The notes below the pieces were generated by a model, which saw only the letters and a list, made by a program, of their open reading frames with translations, ran no database searches and had not been told where the DNA came from. DNA of 64,000 nt from Eledone cirrhosa (Eukaryota): assembly GCA_964016885.1 (NCBI GenBank), contig OZ024746.1, forward strand, positions 30,070,001 through 30,134,000, in the 5' to 3' direction. Within the stretch, counting starts at the first letter, position 1. Each line of letters opens with the position of its first letter. Of the stretch, positions 1 through 13,885 are shown piece by piece. A program made the position numbers and the translations under genes.

Positions 1-1
1 T

Positions 2-178
2 GACGGTAACATAGACAACATAGAAATTAGAATAATATCTAAACATAGGAATGACCCAGCAGATAGGCAAATCAGAGAGGCCAGTGAAATAGAAATTAGA
101 AGACCAAAGCTAAACAGAAAGAATGAGTGGAACAACAACAACACCCAAACAAACAACACTGACCTAAGAGAAGTATAA
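2..178 (+). mobile_element. 3' end of a Penelope-like element ORF (C-terminus of GIY-YIG endonuclease), cut by the window edge
   Basis: Frame 2 reads DGNIDNIEIRIISKHRNDPADRQIREASEIEIRRPKLNRKNEW...V*. The RQIxEAxxI...PxLN pattern is the typical PLE endonuclease end, and it is followed by KxEW. An HHR-like motif lies about 280 bp downstream. Confidence 0.75.
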
Positions 179-399
179 ATAAATAAGTAAATTAAATTAA
201 ATAAAATGAGATAAATAAATACATACACAAGCACATAAACACACACTAGTCACCCAGCAGACACAACACTATACACACTAGTCACACATAACACTATACA
301 CACACGCAAACGCATGCGCAAAGAAGACAAAATAAAATAAGATAAACAAACAAGCAAATAAATAAATAAATATATAGACAGACTGAACAAAAAAAAAAA

Positions 400-760
400 A
401 AAAAAAAATGGCGTAGACATACAACACAACAGGAGGAACAATGAATATAACACCACTGACGATGTTGCAGATGTGCAACGAAAGATTTATGTAAACTATA
501 TATATATGTGTTTGTCTATATTGTATCTGTATTATTTTTGACCGCCGGTCAGTCAATGGCAACATTGAGGACCGAGTAAGTTAGATCGCAGATATATATA
601 TATAAAAGACAGCGAGAAGCGAAAACCAACCAAACAGTGAGTGTGTTCTGTTATTAATTCTGGCAATATTACGCAAATATGACCCTCCCCAAATATAACA
701 ATATCTGTTTCGACACACGATTTCATATAAAAAACCTCGCAAAACTAATTCATCGCCGCT
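400..760 (+). mobile_element. PLE pLTR/tail-like repeat with further copies at 53107-53200 and 54050-54380
   Basis: The segment aaagacagcgagaagcgaaaaccaaccaaacagtgagtgtgttctg...atgaccctcccc recurs inverted at about 53110-53200 and 54062-54155. aatatctgtttcga-acacgatttcat...aaacctcgcaaaa recurs at about 54333-54378. Confidence 0.7.
449..492 (+). ncRNA. Type-I hammerhead ribozyme-like motif in the 3' pLTR of the upstream PLE
   Basis: CTGACGA - t-gttgca GATG tgcaac (stem II) - GAAA. Stems I and III are weak. A homologue lies on the minus strand at 54244-54286. Confidence 0.55.
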
Positions 761-1066
761 ATATTATAATATATATATATATAATCTGTTATTTTAATAA
801 ATATTTGCTCTACGGTTCTTATATATTTGAAATATTTATTTATCCTTATCTAGCCCTCTTTAGATTTTTGTCTTCAAATGTATTATTATTACTATATATA
901 TATATATACATATATATAAAGAAATATTTATGTTACCACTAAGACCACTGGAATTGAGTTCTTTAGAAAGTCTAAGTAGGAACATTATGTTTGGGCACCG
1001 ATCTGATGCCTTTAATTAATAACCTCAACAAACATCATGATAAAAAAAATACTAACTCATAATAAT

Positions 1067-1470
1067 TGTTTCTACTTTTGGCACAAGGCCAGCAATTATC
1101 CAGGACATTACTGGTACTTTATTTTATCGACCCCGTAAGGATGAAAGGCAAAGCTAACCTCGGCGGGATTTGAACTCAACTAACAATACTAACTTATAAT
1201 AATTGTTTCTACTTTTGGCACAATGCCAGCAATTACTATTAGTATTAATACTTGTTTCTACTTTAGGCACAAGGCCAGCAATTACCCAGTGCATTACTGG
1301 TACTTTATTTTATCGACCCCGTAATACTGACTTATAATAATGAATTCTGATTTAGACAAAGAAATATATATAAATGAGGGCAAAGTTGATTAAATCGACC
1401 GCACTACATGACTTGTTGTTTATCAACCCTGAAAGGATGAAGAGAAAAGTTGATATTGGAGGGATTTGAA
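1067..1470 (-). mobile_element. Cluster of truncated tRNA-derived SINE copies (family 1)
   Basis: Repeated tgtttctactttaggcacaaggccagcaatt...ttatcgaccccgtaaggatgaaaggcaaag...gggatttgaac, the reverse complement of the SINE at 9846-10022. Confidence 0.8.
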
Positions 1471-1901
1471 CGTAAACATACGATAATTATTAGAGAGGAA
1501 AGTTTTATTATATACCACATTTATCTAAATTATAATTAATGAAAATGAAAATATAATGTGTAATCAAAATATAATGTTATTTGCAATAAAATCGGAAACG
1601 ATAATAGCAAACATTTGTTACATTTAAATAATATCTGATATCAAAAAATAATATTAAGTAAATATATAAAAATCAATTAGGAAAATATGAAAAAAAACAC
1701 AAAAATCGATATACTTTAATGTGTATTTTAGCACATAGATAATGTAAATATTGTGGAAAATAAATTTCTTTTCTTTTTCTTAAATATCAACGGCTATAGG
1801 ATGTAAAATATGCAACTGTTGTTGAAGAAAATGATAAGAGAATAACCAAGTTCATGTATGTATTATATATAACACGGAACGTGAAATAAACACGTCTTTA
1901 T

Positions 1902-1947
<46 letters not shown>

Positions 1948-2737
1948 GTCTGTGTGTCTGTGCGTATATATATAAATGTGTGTCTGTGTGTGTGCGTATA
2001 TATATATATATAAATTTAATAATGTGTAAACAAAAATATTTACCTCATGGCATATATATATATATATGTGTGCGTGTGTGTGTGTGTATGTATGCATTTA
2101 CTTACGTAGGTATTTACGCATGTATGTATTTACATACGTACGTATGTATGTATATATGTAGGTAGGTATGTATGTGTGTTTTATACAATGTAGCATATAT
2201 GCGTCTCTCATTAAATGCTGAGCATTATTTCTACGGATATGAAATCCCACCGTGCTCATCTACTTTCATCAATTTTGTTTCAATACATGATTATCAGTCA
2301 GAAGTGCCTGAGAAGATTCGTGGCAACTGATCCAGTTCTGTATGTTCTGAGTTTAAATTTCGCCGGTATCTACCAGAGTTGAGTAAAATTACCAATGACA
2401 GGACTAAAGTAAACATTAGCTCTTTAACTTTCCTTTGAAAAGGGTTTAAAGTCGTCTCTATTTTGGGGGTTCAGCAGGCCGAAGGTTTCACTAATAGTGA
2501 GAACAAGCTCTTTTGAACTGTTTCAGCACTACATTTGAAAAGAGGGTGTTAGCCCTGAAATATTATGTTGATACATTGGGTAAAATATTACTTTGTTTTG
2601 TTACATTTGTCACCATTTGCCCTTCCTATTTTTCTGCCACATTGTATTGGCTTTTTGAAAAATATCGATGTTTTATGACATATCTCCCAATGCTTCGAAT
2701 TAACTACACTACCATATATGTACGCACATATGTATGT

Positions 2738-3891
2738 ATAGCCATGGGCACAAGAATGGGCCCAAACTATGCCAACCTTTTCGTTGGCCATGTTGAGGCC
2801 CAAATATTTGCCCAGTACACCGGCCCCACGCCCGAACTGTACGGTCGTTACATCGACGACTGTATCGGAGCCACGATCCTCACCCGAGAACAGCTCGACT
2901 CCTTTCTCTCCTTCTTCTGCTCCTTCCACCCCTCCTTCCATTTCACCACCTCAATCTCCACCACCCACGTCCACTTCTTAGACATCTCCGTCGCCTTCGG
3001 CTCCTCCCACCACTCCCTCGTCACCTCCGCCTTCTTCAAACCCACAGCTACCTCGACTTCACCTCCTCCCACCCTACACACACTAAACACTCTAGTCCCT
3101 ACTCCCAACTCCTCAGGATCCGCCGCCTCTGTAGCCGAGATGCTGACTTTGAGTCCCAGGCCCTTTCCCTAATCAGCCATTTCATTCGCAGAGGTTACCC
3201 CCCCCCCCCCTCATCCACACCACCCTCACTCGCGCACGTGCTGTCCACCGCTCTACCACCCTCACTCACACCACCGCACACCCACCCACCGTCTCTACTT
3301 CCCCATCAACTACCACGCCTCCACCCTACCCCTCCACCGTACCATCCTCCGCCTCTTCCGACGCCTCCAGTCTGACCCCTCCACACTCCACATCTTCCCA
3401 GCACCACCACTCTCCTCCTTCAAACGAGCACGAAATCTCCGCACCCTCCTCGGCCGCAGCTCCCCCCCCCCCCGGTTGCCTTCCCTGTTCCAGGCCTCGT
3501 TACAACACCTGTCCTCACATCACCAACACCACCACCTGCCAGGGTCCCAACGGCCACTCTCTCTCTCTGTCCGGCACGCGTCCGCTTCACCTCCTCCAAC
3601 GTAGTCTATGGACTTCGCTGCACGGAGTGTAGCGCAACCTACGTCGGACAGACTGGACGTCGCCTGGCGGACTGTTTTACCGAACACCTCCGGGATATTC
3701 GTCTCGGCTGTAGTTCCGCCATCGCCCGCCACTTTGGCTCCCCTGGACATTCCGCGCATCACCTCACAGCCTGTGGCCTACTCCAATGCCACGGAACACC
3801 CGCCACCCTTCTCAGGGTCGAACAACGCACCATCTTCACCCTACAGACCCACACACCCCCCGGCCTGAACTCCCCACCCCTATTCCTTTAG
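2738..3891 (+). pseudogene. 5'-truncated, frameshifted Penelope-like retroelement ORF (RT, Zn-finger-like linker, GIY-YIG endonuclease), Neptune-like layout
   Basis: RT motifs AMGTRMGPNYANLFVG, YGRYIDDC and FLDI. After a frameshift: SYLDFTSSHP..K.S.PYSQLLRIRRLCS...RGYP. Linker PCSRPRYNTCPHI. From 3586: FTSSNVVYGLRCTECSATYVGQTGRRLADCFTEHLRDI...IARHF...EQRTIFTLQTHTPPGLN, stop at 3889-3891. Confidence 0.9.
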
Positions 3892-4495
3892 CCTTCGACC
3901 GCCCTGTTCCCCTCCCTCCCACATACATATCCCCCACTAACACCACTAACACACTCCTCCTTTTCACCGACCACCCCACAACCAGCAATACTAACACCCC
4001 CACCCCAACCCGACCACCCTCCCCCAACTAACAATACGCCCCCCCTCGCCTTCCCCCCTCCCCTATCACGCACACACCCACCGGTACATATATACACGCA
4101 CTCACACTAACCACACACCCTACTACACCATACATCCACCATACACACACTAACCCTCACCCATACATCCACTCCCACCACCCAAAACTAATATCACTAA
4201 CATCCCCCCCCCCCGACCCCACGCACACGAACACACACACCCATATATTTCACATGTATATATATACATACTACTGTACGTCTGTATACATATATGTATG
4301 TACGTATACATACTTATATTTAAGTAACAGTCGTACTAAGAGTGAGAAATGAAATGTCATTTCATTTTTTCCGTTTATCGTTTTCGGTACCCCGGCCGAT
4401 TAACTCACTCGATATGCAAATTAGGCTGCTCAGCCGTTAATATGCATAAGGAAAGTATATACTTTCAGACGTTCAACCATCTGGCAGGAAGGTAT

Positions 4496-4538
4496 ACGTT
4501 GCTGACGATAGCTAATAAGCTTGAAACTAGTACAGTGT
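4496..4538 (+). ncRNA. Type-I hammerhead ribozyme, tandem unit 1
   Basis: Stem I acgttg/cagtgt (extended by aagg/cctt beyond a bulge), CTGACGA, stem II t-agc taataa gct-t, GAAA, palindromic stem III ACTAGT, predicted cleavage triplet GUA at 4530-4532. Confidence 0.85.
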
Positions 4539-4940
4539 TCCTTTGTCAGTGTTGAACAAAAGAGCAACGATGGTTGCTAGACACTGTACGGCTTAATTCG
4601 GGATGTTTGTTTACAAACACACCGAGCATTATAATAAATGTTCGGTGAATCCACACTTACATATATATATATGTGTGCATGTATGTATATATACATATAT
4701 ATATATATGTACATACTACTGTACGTCTGTATACATATATGTATGTACGTATACACACTAATATTTAAGTAACAGCCGTACTAAGAGTGAGAAATGAAAT
4801 TTCGTTTCATTTTTTCCGTTTATCGTTTTCGGTACCCCGGCCGATTAACTCACTCGATATGCAAATTAGGCTGCTCAGCCGTTAATATGCATAAGGAAAG
4901 TATATACTTTCAGACGTTCAACCATCTGGCAGGAAGGTAT

Positions 4941-4983
4941 ACGTTGCTGACGATAGCTAATAATCTTGAAACTAGTACAGTGT
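4941..4983 (+). ncRNA. Type-I hammerhead ribozyme, tandem unit 2
   Basis: Same as unit 1 but with a G>T change in stem II (tagctaataatctt). Confidence 0.75.
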
Positions 4984-5387
4984 TCCTTTGTCAGTGTTGA
5001 ACAAAAGAGCAACGATGGTTGCTAGACACTGTACGGCTTAATTCGGGATGTTTGTTTACAAACACACCGAGCATTATAATAAATGTTCGGTGAATCCACA
5101 CTTACATATATATATATGTGTGCATGTATGTATATATACATATATATATATATATGTACATACTACTGTACGTCTGTATACATATATGTATGTACGTATA
5201 CACACTAATATTTAAGTAACAGCCGTACTAAGAGTGAGAAATGAAATTTCGTTTCATTTTTTCCGTTTATCGTTTTCGGTACTCCGGCCGATTAACTCAC
5301 TCGATATGCAAATTAGGCTGCTCAGCCGTTAATATGCATAAGGAAAGTATATACTTTCAGACGTTCAACCATCTAGCAGGAAGGTAT

Positions 5388-5430
5388 ACGTTGCTGACGA
5401 TAGCTAATAAGCTTGAAACTAGTACAGCGT
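5388..5430 (+). ncRNA. Type-I hammerhead ribozyme, tandem unit 3
   Basis: acgttg CTGACGA tagctaataagctt GAAA ctagta cagcgt. This unit has the best-paired stem I. Confidence 0.88.
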
Positions 5431-5569
5431 TCCTTTGTCAGTGTTGAACAAATGAGCAACGATGGTTGCTAGACACTGTACGGCTTAATTCGGGATGTTT
5501 ATTTACAAACACACCGAGCATTATAATAAATGTTCGGTGAATCCATACGTACATATATATATATGTATG

Positions 5570-5662
<93 letters not shown>

Positions 5663-5727
5663 TACTGTACGTCTGTATACATATATGTATGTACGTATAC
5701 ATACTTATATATATATATAGATATATA

Positions 5728-5898
5728 TGGGTTGTTTCGACAGCTAGATCCGAACTCAGTTCGGATCTAGCTGTCGAAAGGGCCGGAGCCCTGCCGTTGG
5801 GCTCCTGACTCTTTTCCTATCACCTACTCTACTACTCTAAGTATTCTGTACTCTGGTGCGTTATGGTCCACCTGGTATCTTACCACACTTTCTCTGTT
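5728..5898 (+). mobile_element. (TA)n-embedded fold-back element, family B
   Basis: Palindrome tttcgacagctagatccgaact-c-agttcggatctagctgtcgaaa, followed by a tail ctctactactctaagta...ggtccacctggt...ttaccaca shared with the copies at 19788, 46503 and 60238. Confidence 0.75.
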
Positions 5899-6409
5899 AT
5901 ATATATAGAGATTTTTTTTCTTACATGTTTTCCCACATACATGCATTTACATTGGAGAATAGATAATATATTTTTGAGATGAATTATCAGAAATAATAAC
6001 TAAAAGCTCTGGCAGACATCTTGCATCTCTCGAATCTTCTGTTCTTATTCTTTTATTCATTTTCTTTTTTTAATATTTTTTCTGTCTTTTCTTCATTTAT
6101 TGTTCTATCTCATTTTGCTGACAATTTCCATCAAATTCGACAGCCTAGAACCTACGTAGACATTTATTTGATTTAAATCTAGTTATAGATTTAGCGCTGT
6201 CCATATTCTATGAGGAAATATATGTAATATAATTTGTCGTAGATGTTTGAAATTGGCTTCGTGTTATATCAGACTTATCTTCAATTAAAACAATCTCCGA
6301 GAATAATATATAGATTAGATGTCATTCAATGTCTCTCATAAAACTCACTGATTCCAATAAACTCAACATAGACATCAATTCATATTCTTAAAGTGCCACT
6401 TGTTAGAGC

Positions 6410-7215
6410 TCTACTAGTTGTTGTTGTAATTGTTGTTGGTATAGTGGTTGTTTTTGTAGTGATTATTTTTGTCGTTATAGTTGTTCTGCTTTTTATTATA
6501 GTTGTTATACTTGTAATAGTAGTACTGCTGGTTGTGATGGTTGTAGTTGTGATGATAGAGGTGATAGTGGTTTTGGTGGCTGTGATGTTTGTAGTTGTAG
6601 GTTTGTGATGGTTATAACAGTGCTGGTTGTGATGGTTGTAATTGTGATGGTTGTAGCTGTGGTGGTTGTAGTTGTGGTGGTTGTAGTTGTGGTGGTTGTA
6701 ATGGTTGTAATTGTGATGGTTGTAGTTGTGGTAGTTGTAGTTGTGGTGGTTGTAGTTGTGGTGGTTGTGATGGTTGTAACTGTGATGGTTGTAGTTGTGG
6801 TGGTTGTAGTTGTGGTGGTTGTGATGGTTGTAACTGTGATGGTTGTAGTTGTGGTGGTTGTGATGGTTGTAGTTGTGGTGGTTGTGATGGTTGGAATTGT
6901 GATGGTTCTAGTTGTTGAAGTTGTATTTGTGGTGGTTGTAGTAGTGGTGGTTGTAGTTGTGGTGGTTGATGTGGTTGTAGTAGTGGTGGTTGTAGTTGTG
7001 GTGGTTGATATGGTTGTAGTAGTGGTGGTTGTAGTTGTGGTGGTTGATGTGGTTGTAGTAGTGGTGGTTGTAGTAGTGGTGGTTGTAGTTGTGGTGGTTG
7101 ATGTGGTTGTAGTAGTAGTGGTTGTTGATGTGGTTGTAGTAGTGGTGGTTGTAGTTGCGGTGGTTGATGGGGTTGTAGTAGTGGTGTCGTAGTTTTAATG
7201 GTTGTAGTTGTGCAT
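6410..7215. repeat. Degenerate (GTG/GTT/GTA/GAT)n trinucleotide low-complexity tract
   Basis: Direct reading. It generates the poly-Val ORFs. Confidence 0.9.
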
Positions 7216-7649
7216 AAGGTGGTTGTTTTTTAAATTGTAATTATTTTTAATTCTTCTTTTAGTATTTGTAGATAGGGGCGGGGTGCTGATGGTGAAAGTT
7301 GTTGTCATCGTCGTCGTTGTAGTAATAATACTTTTTGTTGTTGTAGCCGTCGCTGTTGTCTATGTATTTAGAGGTGAATTATATGATTTTGATGCTGATA
7401 AGTTTTATATATACTACAATTATTTCAGAATTCATTGGCATAAGTGACAATAATGTTGATTGAATCATCAAGAAATGGCATGAGAATATGGGAGTCAGCC
7501 ATCTTGTGTCGATGGCTAGACTGGGGTTGGTCGTGGAAGTAATTTCAATTTTACGTATTACTGCTAAATTATGTATCTATTTAGAAAATAATAAATTGAA
7601 ATATACGCAGTACATTCATAACATATTTAGTTATTGTCGTGCGGACGGA

Positions 7650-7970
7650 GCATAGCCGAATGATTCGGAGATTTTCTTCGTAACCATAAGTTCTCGGGTT
7701 TGATCTTGTGCAAGTATCATAGCCTTCCGTCAACCCATACCTTGTGAGTGAAACTGGGAAGATGAGAAGTGTTTGGATGCAGGTCAGATGGACTTATCTC
7801 TCATTCAAAGTGCAAGCCTTTTCACACGCCGTGGCATTGCAGAATCTCTTCGACCTTCACGTTTCTATGGGGTGTGCAGTGATTTACTTGTTAATTTCAT
7901 GAGTAGGGTGTTGCCTTGATCGAACAGTTGGAGCACTCACTGTCGATACCATTGGAGTTCCATCCCATTA
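7650..7970 (+). mobile_element. Old tRNA-derived SINE (family 2), degraded. Relatives at about 18265, 19340, 22470, 37760, 38880, 50670, 57230 and 59510
   Basis: tRNA-like head (catagccgaatgatt...gggtttgatc). Body and tail words recur across these loci (cttgtgagtgaaa, ..tgtggaatgctcagcca..gttaatttca..ttgatcgaa). Confidence 0.5.
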
Positions 7971-8534
7971 GTTATCATTGTTTTTGTTGCTATTCCCAAT
8001 CAGCCTGTGATTACTCATATTCGCACAGAATCATGATTGGAGTTAATTAATCCATGACTGTAATTTCCCAGTCAGAGGGATTTTTTCTAGAATAGTATTA
8101 ACAAACATAGCTTTTCGTTTGTTTTGTAAGAGGCTGGTACATGGTACATCTACAGATTGGATAGTCTATTAATATAGACTAAACAATCTCTACGTTTCTA
8201 GCAGTAGCAGCCAAATTTATTTCATATCAGTCTACTGTCTTAAGATACTACGATGACAACGAAAACTTGAACAAAACAATGATAACAACTCTCATTGCCA
8301 GTTAAAAGGTTAGATGTTATATCTGTAATGTGTATAGATATACAACTATGACACATCGCAGACAATATCTTATCTTACCTACACAGTCATATAGATTGAC
8401 AGATAATTCAATAATTAAATATGTATAAAACTTGAGAGATATAAGAAATAAATCAATAGTCTAATATATAAACACAAGGCGGAAGAATTACATTAAAGCC
8501 ACCTGATAAGTATAAGGTTACAAAGAGTTTTGTG

Positions 8535-8591
<57 letters not shown>

Positions 8592-8751
8592 ATAGTTCAA
8601 TAAATGTCAAGACAAAGAGATGCAAAAACACATAGTCTTAGAAGTATCACGCTTAGGAGGAAGTAGAAGAGGGTTTAACGTTTCTAACATATATCCTTCT
8701 TCAGGAAATGGAGAGTTCAGAGAGAAAGAGAGTTCGGAGAGAGAGAGTTCG

Positions 8752-8966
<215 letters not shown>

Positions 8967-9153
8967 TCTTTAATATATCTCACATAAAATAATACACCCA
9001 ATTATCCACACAATACAATATAGTTAGCACCCCAAACGTTTAATTGGGAATAGACTCGGTATTTCCTGTTTGTTAAGTGAGTTGGAAATTGGTCGGAGTA
9101 TCGCTAATAGCTTACTCCGTTAATGTAATTATGTGTGTGTATATATATATATA

Positions 9154-9668
<515 letters not shown>

Positions 9669-9845
9669 AGGAGGGAGAGAGAGAGAGAGAGGCGGCTGAA
9701 ACATTGGAGTTTGGAAAAAAAACAAATTTTAAGAAGGTGGAGTGGTAGGAGTGTTGTCCGTCACTTGGAAGTGGGGGGCCGATGTGGAAAGTCCAGGTGT
9801 GTCATGAGTTTTATGTGTAACAGATGGAGTAATTTTCATGTATAT

Positions 9846-10022
9846 TATTGGCAGTATCGGTAGAGGGTCGGACGCCATGCTTTCCAGCATAGTTACGTCC
9901 CTTTACGATCTGAGTTCAAATCCCGCCGAGGTTGACTTTGCCTTTCATCCTTACGGGGTCGATAAAATAAAGTACCAGCAATGCACTGGGTAATTGCTGG
10001 CCTTGTGCCTAAAGTAGAAATA
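9846..10022 (+). mobile_element. tRNA-derived SINE (family 1), near full length
   Basis: A-box-like tggcagtatcgg, B-box gttcaaatc, then a conserved core gcctttcatccttacggggtcgataaaataaagtacc that resembles the Meta/Sauria-type SINE central domain (assignment from memory). Confidence 0.85.
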
Positions 10023-10644
10023 ATTATTGCTTATATCAGCATGGGTGGTTGGTGTATCATTCATGGAAGCGCAACAGACACGTATGTGTCTGTGAATACA
10101 TCTGCGTTTTTCATGTGTGCATCTGTGTGCACGTACGTGTGTGTGTGTGTGTGGGTGGGTGTGTTTATGTTTATGTGTGTCTGTTTCTTCAATTTATATG
10201 TCTGTAGTTTCGAGATAAAAGAGCATACAGGAAGTCAGGACGACAAGCGGCACGAAAAGTAAATGCCTTGTTAAATCACAGAATTCTGGTACCTCTCGTT
10301 CCTCTGCATTACTGATTACAGTGCACAGGAATAAGACCGAAACGATGAGAGAGAAAAATTTCTATTTCTCCAGTGATTGTCTATTAAAATTGATTTAATA
10401 TGAAGAGGGATTACAGCCGAAATATCGCAATTAGATAAATGCATCGATAAAATGAATGAACTAACTAGAAAGACTAATTTCTCTCGTGTATGAGTCTATT
10501 AAAGTAAGGAATCATAGGATGTTAATTAAAATGGTAATAAAATATTCTTTTGAAGATATTTCTCACCTAACTTCTAATAAACACACGTGTACCTACACAT
10601 GTCTATGTGTGTGCATGGATAGATGATGTTAGGTATTTCACTGT

Positions 10645-11426
<782 letters not shown>

Positions 11427-11746
11427 TAAGTAGTGAGTTGTTTAAATTAATAAAGGCAAGCAAATATACACAAAAATCAATCTCCTGATAAGTTTTCAGT
11501 AAAACTAAATTAATGCCCACATATATTTTATTAGAAAATGTCTATCTAAATATTTGCAAAATTATTGCATCCTATTAAAGTAGAAATGTTGGATGAAGAA
11601 GAATTACTAAAGAACGAAGTGGAAATTGTTGATATCGTCAAAGTTTAACCAACAGAAGCTATTATTTTAAACACCAGCTTGTTCTAAGAAGCATTGGGCG
11701 AAATATGAATTCTAGTTTTCCTAACGCAGTGGACTATAATAATAGT

Positions 11747-11864
11747 TGTTTCTACTTTAGGCACAAGGCCAGCAATTACACAGTGCATTACTGGTACTTT
11801 ATTTTATCGACCCCGTAAGGATGAAAGGCAAAGTCAACCTCGGCGGGATTTGAACTCAGATCGT
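11747..11864 (-). mobile_element. SINE family 1, truncated copy
   Basis: Near-identical reverse complement of about 9905-10022. Confidence 0.85.
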
Positions 11865-12299
11865 GGACTATAATAATAGTGAATAACAATAAGTATTATT
11901 TGAACAAATAGCTTGCAATAATCTTGAAGACATCAAATTTATCTGAGACACCCAGTGATCGACTATTATTATTGTTTTGTGTATTAGGAGGATTACATTT
12001 CAAATTTCAAATATTTGCATTGATTGTTAAACCAATAGGTTGTTTACACTTCAAGCTGCAGACTTAAAAGCTAAAAGACGACAATTATTGACCAGGGACG
12101 CTGTCGTGTAATGGCTTAGTGCACTTGCCCGCCAACCTGGAGATATATGGTTCGATAACTCGCAGCTAACTCTGTCCAAATTTTCCCCTCTCCAAAGATA
12201 CTTTCCCTGATATTTTCAATTTTTATTTACAGTGATCAAATATTACTATAGTCATCTGATATGAGAAATATATATTTTTTTACCTGATGATGTTGTTTA

Positions 12300-12631
12300 T
12301 TAGTCCAACTTTCAAATCCCAAATGAAAAACGTGGTACAAGGTTTTGCCTGGTGGCCCTTGAACAGACGGCTTGCACAGCTTTATAAATCCTGCCAAGGT
12401 TCAAACACCCACAGGGAGAACTTTGTGAGGCTCACAGACCTTTCCACTATGGTAATGTACCACGAGTTATCAGAGGTAGAGTTGAGATGATCACCAATTA
12501 GATAGCGAAAGCTTGAGTGGCTAAAGAACAACTGTGATAGAACACCTGAAGGAGAATCTGGACATATACAGATTATACGATGGATTGAGGCACAAAGAAT
12601 TGTTGAATACTGCACAGAAATTTTAAAGACC

Positions 12632-12705
<74 letters not shown>
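12300..12705 (+). mobile_element. Possible decayed 3' end of an RTE-like LINE ending in (TAG)n
   Basis: Non-simple sequence that runs into a long (TAG)n tail, with weak resemblance to the RTE C-terminal HDSL.K.ILQG region. Confidence 0.3.
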
Positions 12706-13373
12706 TTGGTGGTGTTGGCGGTGTTGGTGGTGTTGGTGGTGGTAGTAGTAGTAGTGTCTATTGTTGTTGTTTAGCTCCTGATCAGTTCCCATCAAGCAGA
12801 CATATCAGGAAAGGCGCACCAACCAAGACCATCTCTTCCCTTTAGAAGTATCCATGAATATATTATCTAATGTGTTTTTCCTTAAAAGACTACCTTGCAT
12901 TATTTGGGGTAGATTTGACTGTTATCCTAATGTTTCATACGACTACATAGAGACATAGACTGTAACTTCCACCAATCAAATAAACCTTGCTTTATAAATG
13001 TATTAATTTGTAGTAGTAGTTGTTGTTGTTGTGGTGGTGGTTGTGCTAATAGCAGTAGTCACTAATTTAGGCACGAGGTCAGTAGTTTGAGAAGATGAGG
13101 AGTATCAATCGCATGGAATCCAAAAGAATAATCCAATGTTTGATTGGGTGGAATTTTAACTGAGAACATAACGGTAACCAAATAACGAAGAACACTTTGT
13201 CCCACGCCCTCAATATTATTACTGATAACTTTTACTTTAGACACAATGCCAGTAATTTGATGGGAGTCGATTAAATTTCCTCCACTGCGTGATTGATTCT
13301 TTAAAAATGTAACTAAATAATGCGAAGCAGCTTGTTCGACTCTCTAATCATCGCCCATAATAACAATAATAAG

Positions 13374-13885
13374 TGTTTCTACTTTAGGCACAAGGCCAGC
13401 AATTATCCAGTACATTACTGGTACTTTATTTTATCGACCCCGTAAGGATGAAAGGCAAAGTCAACCTCGGCGGGATTTGAACTCAGATCGTAAAGGGACG
13501 TAACTATGCTAGAAAGCATGGCGTCCAACCCTCTACCGATACTGCCAATTCACCGCCTTTAATAACACTAATAATTGTTTCTACTTTTAGCACAAGGCCA
13601 GCAATTACCCAGTGCATTACTGGTACTTTATTTTATCGACCCCGTAAGGATGAAAGGCAAAGTCAACCTCGGCGGCTGATTGAAGCTGAGACTCAACAAA
13701 TTTGGGGGAGGGTAAATTTGATTAAATCGACCCAGAACGTTACTGGTACTTTATTTTACCGACCACGTAAGGATGAAAAGCAAAGCCAACCTCGGCGGCA
13801 TTGGATCTCAAAACATAAAGGTCCGTAACACTATGCGGCAAAGCATATGGTCCGACGCTCTACCGATATTGCCAATCCAACACCT
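13374..13885 (-). mobile_element. Three head-to-tail SINE family 1 copies (13374-13558, 13576-13676, about 13700-13885)
   Basis: Each contains tactggtactttatttta-cgac-cgtaaggatgaaa-gcaaag-caacctcggcgg, separated by (TAA)-rich spacers. Confidence 0.85.

Larger units (their letters stand above)
4269..5708 (+). repeat. Tandem array of about 445-bp units (3 full plus a short partial), each full unit carrying one hammerhead ribozyme
   Basis: Units start at about 4269, 4714, 5161 and 5660 (tactactgtacgtctg) and are nearly identical. The three near-identical 68-aa ORFs at 4349, 4794 and 5241 reflect this repetition. Confidence 0.95.

Noticed and set aside
4349-5447. Three near-identical 68-aa ORFs (MKCHFIFSVYRFRYPGR...) as a tandem gene cluster
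   Set aside because: No recognisable domain. They follow from the 445-bp repeat and overlap the ribozyme.
6393-7192. Poly-Val ORFs, or Thr-rich mucin-like coding on the minus strand
   Set aside because: Degenerate trinucleotide repeat with no splice or domain context.
8668-8712. Minus-strand CTGAAGA...GAAACGTT as an intact hammerhead
   Set aside because: The core boxes are present but stems I and II do not pair convincingly. At most it is a decayed remnant.
9846-10022. tRNA genes at the A/B-box sites (also at 45772)
   Set aside because: No cloverleaf or acceptor stem. They continue into SINE bodies and occur in many truncated copies.
13374-13885. CRISPR-like repeat array
   Set aside because: Eukaryotic context. 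The units are truncated SINE copies without unique spacers.
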